Assembly: GCA_964580235.1 (NCBI GenBank)
Contig: CAZOJY010000007.1
Span: 1-54,191 of the forward strand
Source of the DNA: an uncultured Eubacteriales bacterium
Lineage (GTDB): Bacteria; Acidobacteriota; Aminicenantia; Aminicenantales; Aminicenantaceae
Direction of reading: 5' to 3'
Length of the DNA: 54,191 bases
Every line of letters starts with the position of its first letter. Positions within the stretch are counted from its first letter, which is position 1. Under the pieces are notes generated by a model. That model saw only the letters and a program-made list of their open reading frames with translations. It was not told the origin of the DNA and did not search any database. Below are positions 38,703-48,644 of the stretch, one piece after another. The translations under genes and the position numbers were made by a program.

Positions 38703-39647
38703 ATGTTCTCCAAGAAGAAAGTGCTGCGCTATTTGGCAGCTCTGTTTATCATTTTCACCCTCAACTTCATCATCCCCAGGGCTATGCCAGGAGATCCTAT
38801 CACTAACCTTCTTGGCGAAAACTTTATCGCTTCCAAGGCCACGCTCCAGGCACTCAAGATAGAACTCGGTTTAGACAAATCATTGCCTGAACAGTACCTC
38901 AATTACTGGAAAAATATCTTAACTCTCCGCCTTGGATACTCCTATCATTTCAATCAGAAAGTCATCTCTATCATCTTAGTACGAATGAAATGGACATTGG
39001 CCCTCCTCCTTCCTTCCCTCCTCCTGGGGGCATTCCTGGGAACAATTTTCGGAGCTCTCTCAGGCTGGAAAAAAAATACCCTGGCAAACAAAACCACAAC
39101 CTGGGCTTTTTTAGCTGTTTACAGCAGCCCTCCCTACTTTCTTGGGATCATCTTCCTTTATGTGTTCTCCTTTAAATGGGGTTTGTTTCCTTTCAAAGGA
39201 TTTTATGAAACAGGGACTTTTATCGACATTCTTCAGCATTTTTTTCTCCCTGTCCTGATCATGAGTGCCTTTGCTGCATCCCGCAACTATATGATCATGA
39301 GAGGAAGCGTAATGATCGAAAAAGAAAAATTGTATGTGGTTTATGCTCGGGCCAAAGGCCTTTATGGTGACTCTATACTTTTTCGGCACATATTCAAAAA
39401 TGCCTCTCTCCCTGTAATAACCCTGATTGCATTGGACTTCGGCTTCCTTCTCAGCGGAGCCCTGTTTGTCGAAATCGTGTTTTCCATGAATGGCATGGGA
39501 ACTTTGATTTACGATGCCTTAATGTCCCGGGATTATCCTGTTCTTCAAGGATGTTTTTTAATCATTACCATCATGGTTATCGCCGCAAATTTCTTGGCCG
39601 ATTCCCTCTACAGTCTTATCGACCCCAGAGTGAGAGAAAAAGCATGA
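38703..39647 (+). CDS. ABC transporter permease (OppB/DppB-like)
   Basis: MPGDP, LGYSY, EAA-like loop YARAKGL, RDYPVLQG. Confidence 0.92.
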   Translation: MFSKKKVLRYLAALFIIFTLNFIIPRAMPGDPITNLLGENFIASKATLQALKIELGLDKSLPEQYLNYWKNILTLRLGYSYHFNQKVISIILVRMKWTLALLLPSLLLGAFLGTIFGALSGWKKNTLANKTTTWAFLAVYSSPPYFLGIIFLYVFSFKWGLFPFKGFYETGTFIDILQHFFLPVLIMSAFAASRNYMIMRGSVMIEKEKLYVVYARAKGLYGDSILFRHIFKNASLPVITLIALDFGFLLSGALFVEIVFSMNGMGTLIYDALMSRDYPVLQGCFLIITIMVIAANFLADSLYSLIDPRVREKA

Positions 39648-40453
39648 TAAACAAAAGACACATAAACCGATTCGGTCTTGCCATGGTTGTTCTTTTCCTT
39701 CTGGCCGCCCTTTTTGCAGAATTCATCGCTCCCCATAATCCCTGGGAAAGATACGAGCCCTACGAAAAGCCCAATCGAAATCACCCTTTGGGAACCAATG
39801 ACATAGGCAACGACATTCTCTCAGAGCTCATCTTCGGATCCCGGGCTTCCCTTATTGTGGGAATCGGCGCAGCCGTCATTGCCACTCTATTAGGACTTTT
39901 TGTCGGGTTGTTTTCGGGTTACTTTAAAGGGCCCCTGGATGAGCTGTTTATGGGGATCACGGATATATTCCTGATGATCCCAAGGATCCCCCTCATCATT
40001 ATCCTGGCGGCTTTTCTGAAAGCAAACATCTGGCTCATCATGCTGTCCCTCGGCCTATTATGGTGGACCTCCACAGCTCGGGTCGTGAGATCCCGAACCC
40101 TTCAGATCAGGGAGATGGATTTTGTAGCCAGCGCGAAATGCCTGGGATTTAAAAACAGGCATATCATCTTTTCAGACATTCTTCCAAGCATTTTTCCCGT
40201 TGTGGTGCCAAAATTCACGCTGACAGTCGCAACGGCCATGATTTCCGAAGCTTCCCTTTCTTTCCTGGGCCTCGGGGACCCTTCGATGAAAAGCTGGGGA
40301 TTGATGATCAACTTTGCTTTAATCAAGGGAGGATTGGTTAATGAAATGTGGTGGTGGTATCTGCCCCCAGGCCTATGCATTATTTTGTTAGTTTTTTCCA
40401 TCGTGTCGCTTGGTTTTTCTTTTGAGGAGTGGAAAAAGGTTGGCTTCAAATAG
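39644..40453 (+). CDS. ABC transporter permease (OppC/DppC-like)
   Basis: HPLGTNDIGNDI, EASLSFLGLG, SWG motifs; ATGA coupling. Confidence 0.92.
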   Translation: MINKRHINRFGLAMVVLFLLAALFAEFIAPHNPWERYEPYEKPNRNHPLGTNDIGNDILSELIFGSRASLIVGIGAAVIATLLGLFVGLFSGYFKGPLDELFMGITDIFLMIPRIPLIIILAAFLKANIWLIMLSLGLLWWTSTARVVRSRTLQIREMDFVASAKCLGFKNRHIIFSDILPSIFPVVVPKFTLTVATAMISEASLSFLGLGDPSMKSWGLMINFALIKGGLVNEMWWWYLPPGLCIILLVFSIVSLGFSFEEWKKVGFK

Positions 40454-40461
40454 GTAACACC

Positions 40462-41400
40462 ATGTGTTTATTGAGGATCGAAAAGTTGAAAGTGGAGTTT
40501 CTCTCCCCCTCTGGTCAAGTCCAAGCAGTGGATAGAGCAACGTTTGAGCTGAGAAAGTCAGAGACACTGGCCCTTGCAGGGGAGACAGGAAGTGGAAAAT
40601 CGACTATTGCTCATTCTATCCTCAACCTTTTGCCGGAAAACGCTGCTGTCCACGGAAAAATCATTTACAAAGACAAAGACCTCCTGCATCTGCATGATAA
40701 AGATCTGGCTCAACTGCGGGGGAGAGAAATTTCCTTGGTCATACAGAATCCAGCGTTGGCCCTCAATCCTGTCTATTCTATCGGACACCAGATAACAGAG
40801 CCTTTGATCGTGCATCGCAATTTTAAAAAAAAGGATGCCATCTTAGTGGCAAAAGATCTGTTGAAAAAGCTGCGTTTTAAGGGACCGGATAGGGCCATAA
40901 AAGCTTACCCCTTTGAAATATCAGGCGGGATGAAGCAACGGGTGTTGATCGGCATTTCGGTCATCCTGAATCCCAACATCATCATAGCCGATGAGCCAAC
41001 AAAAGGCCTGGACTCCCGGCTGAGAGATATGGTCCTTGAGGAGCTAAAACTTGTTAGAGAAATGGATCATTCTTCGATGATTTTGATCACCCATGATCTC
41101 AATGTTGCCAGGGAGATTTCAGACAGGATCGCGGTTATGTATGCCGGAGAGATTTTAGAATTGGCAGAAACAAAAGAATTTTTTAGAGAGCCCTTTCATC
41201 CGTACTCCCAAGCATTATTGGAAAGTCTCCCGGAGCGGGGATTCAAGCCAATCCCGGGAACATTTCCCTCGATGATCCATCCACCGGAGGGATGCAAATT
41301 TCATCCGCGCTGCCCGCAGAAAAAAGACATTTGTTCCCAAAAGCGGCCAGATTTTGTGAGGACAGCGGATAGAGACGTCAAATGTGTGCTGTACAGCTAG
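40462..41400 (+). CDS. ABC transporter ATPase (OppD/DppD-like)
   Basis: Walker A GETGSGKS, SGGMKQR, DEPT; C-terminal HPY and GCKFHPRCP Cys motif. Confidence 0.93.
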   Translation: MCLLRIEKLKVEFLSPSGQVQAVDRATFELRKSETLALAGETGSGKSTIAHSILNLLPENAAVHGKIIYKDKDLLHLHDKDLAQLRGREISLVIQNPALALNPVYSIGHQITEPLIVHRNFKKKDAILVAKDLLKKLRFKGPDRAIKAYPFEISGGMKQRVLIGISVILNPNIIIADEPTKGLDSRLRDMVLEELKLVREMDHSSMILITHDLNVAREISDRIAVMYAGEILELAETKEFFREPFHPYSQALLESLPERGFKPIPGTFPSMIHPPEGCKFHPRCPQKKDICSQKRPDFVRTADRDVKCVLYS

Positions 41401-42086
41401 AAGTTCTCAACATCACAAAGACCTTTGAATCAGGTCTGTTTACAAAAACACCCAGGTCTATTCTTGAAAATATTTCCTTTGAAGTCCAGAAAGGTCGGAC
41501 TTTTGGCATTGTCGGAGACTCGGGAGCAGGGAAAACAACATTGGGAAAAATCATCGCGGCCATCAAACATCCCACTGCAGGTGAGATCTATTTCCTCGGA
41601 AACGCACTGGCCCGGATGAGGAAAGAGGAATTTTCTTATTTTCGACGAAAAGTCCAGATGTTGTTTCAGGATCCCGAAGGTTCCCTCAATCCGAACAAGA
41701 CTATCAAGAAATCACTCGATGAGATATTGAATCTCATTAAAATACCACAAAGTTACAGAAAGAGCGCTCTCGAAAACATCCTCCAAACAGTCGGAATATC
41801 ATCGGAAGTTCTATTGCGGCATCCCAATCAGATATCGGGAGGGCAGAATCAGCGCATAGCCCTGGCAAGAATTTTGCTCCTCGAGCCAGAAATCATAATT
41901 CTGGATGAACCAACATCATCTCTGGATATCTCAGTCCAGGCTCAGATCCTGAATCTGCTAAAGGACCTGCAAAAACAGAAAGGTTTGACTTATGTATTCA
42001 TCTCTCACGATAGGGATGTCATCCGATTCATGTGCCACGACATCGCACTTCTCCACAAAGGGCATCTCACAATCCTGAAGTACTAA
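41382..42086 (+). CDS. ABC transporter ATPase (OppF/DppF-like, no C-terminal extension)
   Basis: GDSGAGKT, QDP, SGGQNQR, DEPTSSLD, HD motifs. Confidence 0.92.
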   Translation: MCAVQLEVLNITKTFESGLFTKTPRSILENISFEVQKGRTFGIVGDSGAGKTTLGKIIAAIKHPTAGEIYFLGNALARMRKEEFSYFRRKVQMLFQDPEGSLNPNKTIKKSLDEILNLIKIPQSYRKSALENILQTVGISSEVLLRHPNQISGGQNQRIALARILLLEPEIIILDEPTSSLDISVQAQILNLLKDLQKQKGLTYVFISHDRDVIRFMCHDIALLHKGHLTILKY

Positions 42087-42931
42087 TACTTATTTGGCTG
42101 ATTATTACCCTCTTTTTGGACAAAAATTTTCTTCAATAAATCGGGAACATCAGTGATGATGCCGTCGACACCTAAATCAATGAACTTTTTCATTTCCGCA
42201 GGATAATTCACAGTCCAAACGAACAGCTTTTTTCTGTTCTGCTTAGCCTTCATTACAAATTCCTTATCTACAATATTTCGTTTGCTGCACACGATCTCCC
42301 AATTTCCCTCGAAGATTTCTGGCGGATGCTCTTCATCGAAGATAAATCCGGTGATCAAATCCGGAGCGATATCTTTGACTTTCTCAATCACGGGTTTTTC
42401 AAAAGAAGTGACTATGCATTCTTTTGCAAAATTTTCGGAGCGGATGATATCCACGACTTTTTGAGCGATATCAGGATCATTCCCGGAAACTTTCACTTCA
42501 ATATTCAGCTTAATCCTCCCTTTGACCAGTTGAATCACTTCCCGCAACGTCGGAATGGGTTCTCCCCTGAAATTTTCGCTGAACCAGGAGCCCACTTCCA
42601 TTTCCCTCAGTTCGGCCAAGGTATAATCCCATATCATCCCCTTTTTGCCTGTCGTCCGCGCGATATCCTCATCATGAAACAATACGATCTCGCCATCTTT
42701 TGTCTGGAAGACATCACACTCAGCATAGTCAGCGCCGAATTCAATCGCTTTTTTCATCGCAGACAATGTGTTCTCCGGAGCGGCTCGGGATCCTCCCCTG
42801 TGAGCGATAACGACAATTCCTTCCGGTTCTTTTTGTTGACACATCACCGCCCCCATCATCAATAAAAAAATTAAGATAATTCTTTTTGCAGATAATCCTT
42901 TCAGCCAATTCTTCATTCCATTTAGATTCAT
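42083..42931 (-). CDS. Glycerophosphodiester phosphodiesterase family protein, exported
   Basis: IAHRGG, PENT, ECDV..TKDG..VLFHD, NIEVK, WTVN, GVDGIITD. Confidence 0.92.
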   Translation of the reverse strand: MNLNGMKNWLKGLSAKRIILIFLLMMGAVMCQQKEPEGIVVIAHRGGSRAAPENTLSAMKKAIEFGADYAECDVFQTKDGEIVLFHDEDIARTTGKKGMIWDYTLAELREMEVGSWFSENFRGEPIPTLREVIQLVKGRIKLNIEVKVSGNDPDIAQKVVDIIRSENFAKECIVTSFEKPVIEKVKDIAPDLITGFIFDEEHPPEIFEGNWEIVCSKRNIVDKEFVMKAKQNRKKLFVWTVNYPAEMKKFIDLGVDGIITDVPDLLKKIFVQKEGNNQPNKY

Positions 42932-42982
42932 TTATTACCCCATAGTTTGGTCTTGAAAAAAGAAAACGGGTATGGCTTCTTG

Positions 42983-43471
42983 TCATAATATTTTTTCGAG
43001 GCGGTGTTTCCGCTGCAAAATGAGATTGCACCACCGAGCATCACTCAAATGGACCAGGTCTCCCACTTCGGCAGACAACAGGTGCGCCACTTCTGGACTG
43101 ACTGCTATATCCCCTATTTTCCCATCCCGCACAATCTTTACAGTAGCTTGTTTCCCTTCTCTTTCATTTATCTGGCCTCCCTTGAAGCCTTCTTTAGCCA
43201 GATCTAAGGTACCGGTCACCAACCCTTGAATTTTTTCTTTTGATTTTGTTTTTGTCAAGAAGCTTATGACCACGCCTATCAGCAAACTTCCTGCTAATCC
43301 ATACAAAGCCCTAGTGTACTTAAAACCTCCAGCCGGGTCGACATCATGAGAGAATGGAGTAATGAGAATCGGCCAAACAATAGAGAGTGCCACGATCATG
43401 GATCCCCCAAACATCGTCCAGAATGCCGCCGACGACACATTGATAGACAAGTGACAAAAAGGACATCTCAA
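42983..43471 (-). pseudogene. Remnant: C-terminal part of a sodium:solute symporter-like gene
   Basis: AAFWT..GGS, RALYG, GLVTGT..A...FKG, DLVHLSDARW resemble the SSS C-terminal tail; no N-terminal helices, no SD; reading frame degenerates after DARW. Confidence 0.55.
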
Positions 43472-43522
43472 AATTACCTAGGGAGTCTCCTCATAGGAAG
43501 GCCCCAGTTCGGTCTTCTATAA

Positions 43523-45550
43523 TTATTTTTTCATATGTTTTTCGAACCAGGCCATCAAATACAGAGATTGGAGCAGGCGATGGGAAGGACGCCGCCATCC
43601 GTGAAATTCGTTCGGCATTCGCACCAAAAGCGTATCTTTTTTCAGCATCTTCAAAGCCCGGTAGTATTCTTCACTCTGCCCCATCGGCGTGCGCAAGTCC
43701 GCTTCTCCCGTCATAACCATTGTCGGAGTTTTAACGCTGCCCACATAATGCAGAGGGGAACGAAAGGCATACTCCATCGGATCCTCCCAGGGATATTTCT
43801 TGAACTGCCTGTACCAGCTTGAGCCATCCGTTGTTCCCACGAAGGAGTGCCAGTTGATCACAGGCCGCATGGAAACGGCCGCTCTGAACTTATCTGGAGC
43901 GGTGTGGCCCACAAGCCAGGCCGTCAACACTCCACCGCCGCTTCCGCCGCAGACAAACAGGTTTTCCTCATCGATGAAACCTTTAGCAACAGCGGCATCC
44001 ACACCTGCGATAAGATCGTCCCCATCCTTCCCTGGGTAGGAAAACTGAATGCCGTTGACAAAATCCTGGCCATACCCGGTGCTGCCTCTTGGATTCATAT
44101 AAAAGACAGCGTAACCAGCAGCGGCAAAATTTTGCCAGACCCAGTCAAAACGGACGGTGTACATGGACCAGGGTCCACCGTGGATATACAGGACCATCGG
44201 GTATTTTTTCCCCCTTACGAATTCGGCCGGCTTTATCAGCCATCCCTGCAGATCCAGCCCGTCAGGAGATTTGAACCACATTTCCTCGACCTCTCCGAGC
44301 TTTACATCGGCCAACACATCCTTGTTGAAATCCACGAGTTTAACGATCTTGTCAGCCTGGCTCAGGTTGAAAGTGATCAGATAGGCAGGAGAATAAAAAG
44401 TCGAACGTGTGGCTGCCACTTGTCCACTTTTTGACACACTTATGCCGGATAAGTAATGCGTGCCTTTTGTGATTTTTTTGATCTTTCCCTCAGTCGAAAC
44501 AAAATACAAATTTGCAACGCCTTTTTCCCGCATCAGATAATACACACCGGAGCTATCAGAAGTCCAGTTCGCATTGGAAGGAGAATTCGGCAGATCCCCG
44601 GCCAGCATCCGTTTCTGGCCGCCACCGGCACCCATCAAATACAGGCTGGAAAGATGGCTTGTGTAATTCTTGTCATCATAGCCCGTATAGGCAATCCACT
44701 TCCCATCCGGCGAAACCGAGGGCCCTCTGTCAGGACCTTTCCGATCGGTTAAAGCCTTAATCTCCAGTGTTTCGAGATCCACAGAATAGATCTCCGAGTC
44801 GCCGCGCAGGTACTCGGCATCCGGCTTTCGGATCGCTGAGAAATATATTTTTTTCCCATTCATAGACCACTGCGGATCACTGTGGGAATAGTCACCGGAC
44901 GTCAATTGCCGGGGGGTTCCCCCCAATTCGGCATCCATCACAAAAATATGAGAGTAGCCTTTGGGCACGGGCCCACGGCCGTCTCTCCGCCAGCTCAAGC
45001 GATCAATGATAATAGCCGGCTTGGCCCAATTCGCACCTTTTGGCCTTTTTGGAAGCTTTACGGGAAGAATTGAACTCGTGTCTTCAAGAAACATAGTAAA
45101 AGCCAGCATTTTCCCATCCGGAGACCACCTGAGGCTCCCCGGAGTTCTTTCTAGATGCGTCAGCTGAGCCACTTCTCTTGTATCCAGCCACATCACATGG
45201 ATTTGGCTGGTGCCGTCTCTGTCGGAGAGAAAAGCGATTTTCTTGCCGTCAGGAGACCAAGAAGGCGAAGAATCCCGCCAGTTGCCATGGGTTAACTCCC
45301 GAATCCTTTCCCCACTGCTGTCGGCAATCCACAGGTTGCTTGCCCGGCGGTCATTCATCTTGTCTACCCAACCCCGAGTAAAGAGAATTTCTTTTCCATC
45401 GGGCGAGATATTCGGGTTTCCGACAGTTTCCATTTCCATATAGGTTTCCTTATCTAACAGCTTGTAGTTCTTTTCTGCTGCATAACTCAAATTCATACCC
45501 AAGGAGAAAATGAAACCCAAACAAAATACCAATAAACTCCATTTTTTCAT
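43523..45550 (-). CDS. S9 family peptidase (acylaminoacyl/dipeptidyl peptidase), secreted
   Basis: PD40 repeats; IHGGP, NPRGSTGYG, GGSGGG nucleophile, GEADLR, EFHG. Confidence 0.93.
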   Translation of the reverse strand: MKKWSLLVFCLGFIFSLGMNLSYAAEKNYKLLDKETYMEMETVGNPNISPDGKEILFTRGWVDKMNDRRASNLWIADSSGERIRELTHGNWRDSSPSWSPDGKKIAFLSDRDGTSQIHVMWLDTREVAQLTHLERTPGSLRWSPDGKMLAFTMFLEDTSSILPVKLPKRPKGANWAKPAIIIDRLSWRRDGRGPVPKGYSHIFVMDAELGGTPRQLTSGDYSHSDPQWSMNGKKIYFSAIRKPDAEYLRGDSEIYSVDLETLEIKALTDRKGPDRGPSVSPDGKWIAYTGYDDKNYTSHLSSLYLMGAGGGQKRMLAGDLPNSPSNANWTSDSSGVYYLMREKGVANLYFVSTEGKIKKITKGTHYLSGISVSKSGQVAATRSTFYSPAYLITFNLSQADKIVKLVDFNKDVLADVKLGEVEEMWFKSPDGLDLQGWLIKPAEFVRGKKYPMVLYIHGGPWSMYTVRFDWVWQNFAAAGYAVFYMNPRGSTGYGQDFVNGIQFSYPGKDGDDLIAGVDAAVAKGFIDEENLFVCGGSGGGVLTAWLVGHTAPDKFRAAVSMRPVINWHSFVGTTDGSSWYRQFKKYPWEDPMEYAFRSPLHYVGSVKTPTMVMTGEADLRTPMGQSEEYYRALKMLKKDTLLVRMPNEFHGWRRPSHRLLQSLYLMAWFEKHMKK

Positions 45551-45562
45551 CCTGAACCTCCT

Positions 45563-46699
45563 TTAAAATGCTTCATTGATCATGGCATAGACGCCAAAAG
45601 ACCCGCGGGCGAACCCAAAATCCAGTCTCACATTTGTCCCAGATTTCCTGTTGACCTGGAAGCGAATCCCCAATCCGCCGGTCACCTTGAATTTCTCAAT
45701 CTTGAATCGCTTCATCTTATCCGCGACATCTCCGCAAGCCACAAAACCAGCGGCACATAGCCGCCAGATTAGAGGCATGCGATATTCCATCTGCAGGAGA
45801 ATCGAATGTTTATCCCGGAAACGTCCAAGGATATACCCCCGCATGGCCGAGGGCCCACCCAATATAGACATCCATTGGAAAGGAACATCGCCCGAAGTCA
45901 GGTTGACGTTCTGTTGAAATGCCAGGACATGTTTGGAAAACACAGAGATGTACTGTCGAAAATCAAAGTTGACCTTTTGAAAATTGTAGCCGCTTCCAAA
46001 GGCTTGGCTGTACAAAGAAGCCTGCACCTGGAAAAGAGTTCCCCTTGTTGGAAAAAATATATTATTCCGATTATCCTGCACGAGCACGATGCCCAATCCA
46101 GAAATTGTTCCGCCCTCTTTTCCCACGACATCCTGGCTGTCCAGTAGACCTCCTGGCTTAACCTCAATTATTTTGGAGTGCTCAAAATCAAACTGAACGC
46201 CCGCATAAAAGCTGGGGTTGACCCTGTTTCGGAGGGAACATTTCAGCATGACGTTCCAAAAGCTGTAGTCTTCCTCCATATTATTTGTCGTATGAGATCC
46301 TATTCCATAAAATTTCTCAACATACTTTTTCAATCCGATGTATCCCACAAGATGGATTCGGCCATTTTTCAAGTAAAGATCGGGAGTTATTTCAAAGAGG
46401 GCCTGTTTTCTCTGGGTGTAAACCAAATCGATGAAAAAAGTGGATGGGCGATTTCTCAATTGGTCTTTCAGAGTCCGCAGATAATAGATCCCACCTGCTC
46501 CTCCGGCAAGTTTTGTTTCAGGTGTGTAATAAAGAATGGGAAGCACCACCAATTGATTCTGATTTTCTCCCCCATTTTTTTCATCTGCTTTATTCTCATC
46601 CATCATTCCTGATACTGGAAGCAATATGCAGCAAAAAAAAAGAAACACCCAAAACAGCCATTGAGCTATGAATTTGTTCACGCCAATGTTTCGTGTCAT
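45563..46699 (-). CDS. BamA/TamA (Omp85) family outer-membrane beta-barrel without POTRA domains
   Basis: LPILYYTPET, DNRNNIFFPTRG, MRGY..GRFRD, MEYR, GLGIRF, NVRLDFG, C-terminal EAF; start probably ATG 46699. Confidence 0.8.
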   Translation of the reverse strand: MTRNIGVNKFIAQWLFWVFLFFCCILLPVSGMMDENKADEKNGGENQNQLVVLPILYYTPETKLAGGAGGIYYLRTLKDQLRNRPSTFFIDLVYTQRKQALFEITPDLYLKNGRIHLVGYIGLKKYVEKFYGIGSHTTNNMEEDYSFWNVMLKCSLRNRVNPSFYAGVQFDFEHSKIIEVKPGGLLDSQDVVGKEGGTISGLGIVLVQDNRNNIFFPTRGTLFQVQASLYSQAFGSGYNFQKVNFDFRQYISVFSKHVLAFQQNVNLTSGDVPFQWMSILGGPSAMRGYILGRFRDKHSILLQMEYRMPLIWRLCAAGFVACGDVADKMKRFKIEKFKVTGGLGIRFQVNRKSGTNVRLDFGFARGSFGVYAMINEAF

Positions 46700-46844
46700 C
46701 AGGATTTTTGCTGCCCAGATTTTAAACTTTAAAAAGCGAATTTGCAAATAAAGCAGAAGCAAAGACACATAAAAATGGAACCGTCCCCTTTTTTTTTGTA
46801 TGATGTCGCAGAAAGAAATAGTCTGGATTTATGCAGGAGGTGTG

Positions 46845-48272
46845 ATGAATCGAAGGCAGTTTTTAAAAACAACCGGCGCAGCCAGCGCGGCTCTGGGTAG
46901 TGTCGGGCTCGGTTTTTTCGGATACGAGGCCGGGAGGGACCCTGAATCATACACAGGATGGGAGCTCCATGAGGGAGCTTTTCAGACATTCAACAGGAAA
47001 AGATACGCCAAGGATCATCCCCACTATAAAAAGGTCGGAACGACCAGCCGGCCAGATGCCCGCACCGAAGTCATTTTCTACAGACGCGGGGACTTCATGA
47101 GATACTGGAAGGACGACACCAGAATGGAGGGACTGCCCGAGCATATGCAGGTGTATTACAAGCAAAATCCAGATGTTCTGGAGCAAGATATTTATCAGAT
47201 GAAGGAAGTCTTCCCAAAGATGAGAAAGGACAACCGCAAATACCGGAATAAATTCATTCTTGCCACAGCATGGTCCAATGCTATGGGCGCTGTATCTCCA
47301 CGGCCGATAAGCCAACCGCCCGAAGTGTCTGATTTTCCACGCAGAGACCGTTTTGAAGGGACACGTGAACCTGTGAAGATGAAAAGCCCGGAAAGGACAT
47401 CCAAACTCATGAAAAAAATCGCCCATGAGCTGGGATCCACTCTCGTGGGTATTGCCAAACTCAACCCGGATTGGGTTTATCTCTACCCAATGATGGGACG
47501 GGGATTTGAACCGGATAAACCGATTGTGATTCCCAGGCACTGGCAGTATGCACTTATAGTAGGAACTCCGATGTCCTGGGACCCGATGTACGCCAATCCC
47601 AATTATGGGACTTCTGATGATGCCTATTCCCGATCCCGGATCATCGCATTCCGTGTGGCTTCGTTCATCAAACAATTGGGCTACGCTGCCAGGCCTCACA
47701 CACCCGGGACCTCATACGATTTGATGGTTCCCCCCATTGCTATCGATGCGGGGCTGGGCGAACAGGGCCGCCACGGCGTCATGATCACACCAGAGCTCGG
47801 ATGCAACATCCGTCCGGCTGTCATCACAACGAATATTCCTCTCGTTCCGGACAAACCGATCGATTTTGGGGTCCAGAGGTTCTGCGATACCTGTAAAATC
47901 TGTGCAAAAAATTGTCCCAGCGGGGCGATTCTATTCGGCAACAAAGTGGAAGTCCGAGGCTACTTGAGATACAAAATTGATACCGGTAAATGCCACACCT
48001 TTTGGAGCCAGAATCAGGGAAACATGGGCTGCCGGATATGCATCGCTGTTTGTCCCTACACACGAAAAGCGAACTGGCTTCATAAGGCTGCACTCAAAGT
48101 TTCGGCCAACGATCCGACAGGAATTTCACACCGTGTCCTCACCGGACTCCAGAAACGGTTTTATCCTGGACCCGATCCGCAAAAATACTACAGCCCATCA
48201 TTTGGAGGAGAGAATGCATCCTATAGAAAACCTCCCTGGTGGCTTCATGCAGAGGATTTTATCGAATTCTAG
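46845..48272 (+). CDS. rdhA: Reductive dehalogenase catalytic subunit (cobalamin, 2x[4Fe-4S]), TAT-exported
   Basis: AGGAGG SD; TAT signal NRRQFLK; DAGLGEQGRHG..ITPELG.NIR; FCDTCKICAKNCPSGAI; CHTFW..GCRICIAVCPY. Confidence 0.85.
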   Translation: MNRRQFLKTTGAASAALGSVGLGFFGYEAGRDPESYTGWELHEGAFQTFNRKRYAKDHPHYKKVGTTSRPDARTEVIFYRRGDFMRYWKDDTRMEGLPEHMQVYYKQNPDVLEQDIYQMKEVFPKMRKDNRKYRNKFILATAWSNAMGAVSPRPISQPPEVSDFPRRDRFEGTREPVKMKSPERTSKLMKKIAHELGSTLVGIAKLNPDWVYLYPMMGRGFEPDKPIVIPRHWQYALIVGTPMSWDPMYANPNYGTSDDAYSRSRIIAFRVASFIKQLGYAARPHTPGTSYDLMVPPIAIDAGLGEQGRHGVMITPELGCNIRPAVITTNIPLVPDKPIDFGVQRFCDTCKICAKNCPSGAILFGNKVEVRGYLRYKIDTGKCHTFWSQNQGNMGCRICIAVCPYTRKANWLHKAALKVSANDPTGISHRVLTGLQKRFYPGPDPQKYYSPSFGGENASYRKPPWWLHAEDFIEF

Positions 48273-48284
48273 AGGAGGTTGATT

Positions 48285-48602
48285 ATGCATTTTTTCACCA
48301 CCGGATTGTTTTGGTTCATGGAAGGTATTTTTGTCTGTTTGAGTGTGTTGGGATTCAAGATATGGACAGAAGACCGGGGAATCCCGATGCCCGTATGGAA
48401 ATGGGCACTGCTCAGCATATGGATATTAATGTTCTCATTCTCGATCGCCTTTGTCGGGACAAATCTGGGCGAGAAGGAATCAACGGCCGCGCTTTTGGGA
48501 GGCATCCTGTTCGGCCTGATCACGATAATCGCAGGAGTCGGGCTGTGGCGGTTAATTCTGACCGGGAAAAAAGTTATGAAATTGCCACAGGATCCCTGCT
48601 GA
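48285..48602 (+). CDS. rdhB: Reductive dehalogenase membrane anchor (three TM helices)
   Basis: 105 aa, three hydrophobic segments, WKW and LGE..AA..G..LFG pattern; GGAGG SD; 12 bp after rdhA. Confidence 0.75.
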   Translation: MHFFTTGLFWFMEGIFVCLSVLGFKIWTEDRGIPMPVWKWALLSIWILMFSFSIAFVGTNLGEKESTAALLGGILFGLITIIAGVGLWRLILTGKKVMKLPQDPC

Positions 48603-48644
48603 CACGCACATTATTGTCAAAATCGGAAACGCCGGCTTTCCTTT

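Noticed and set aside
37106-42086. ABC importer proposed as a corrinoid or cobalt supplier for RdhA
   Set aside because: It is a family-5 (Opp/Dpp/Nik) system rather than BtuFCD; nothing in the sequence indicates the substrate
46845-48272. RdhA-like protein read as epoxyqueuosine reductase QueG
   Set aside because: QueG is cytoplasmic and has neither a TAT signal nor an adjacent three-TM anchor gene
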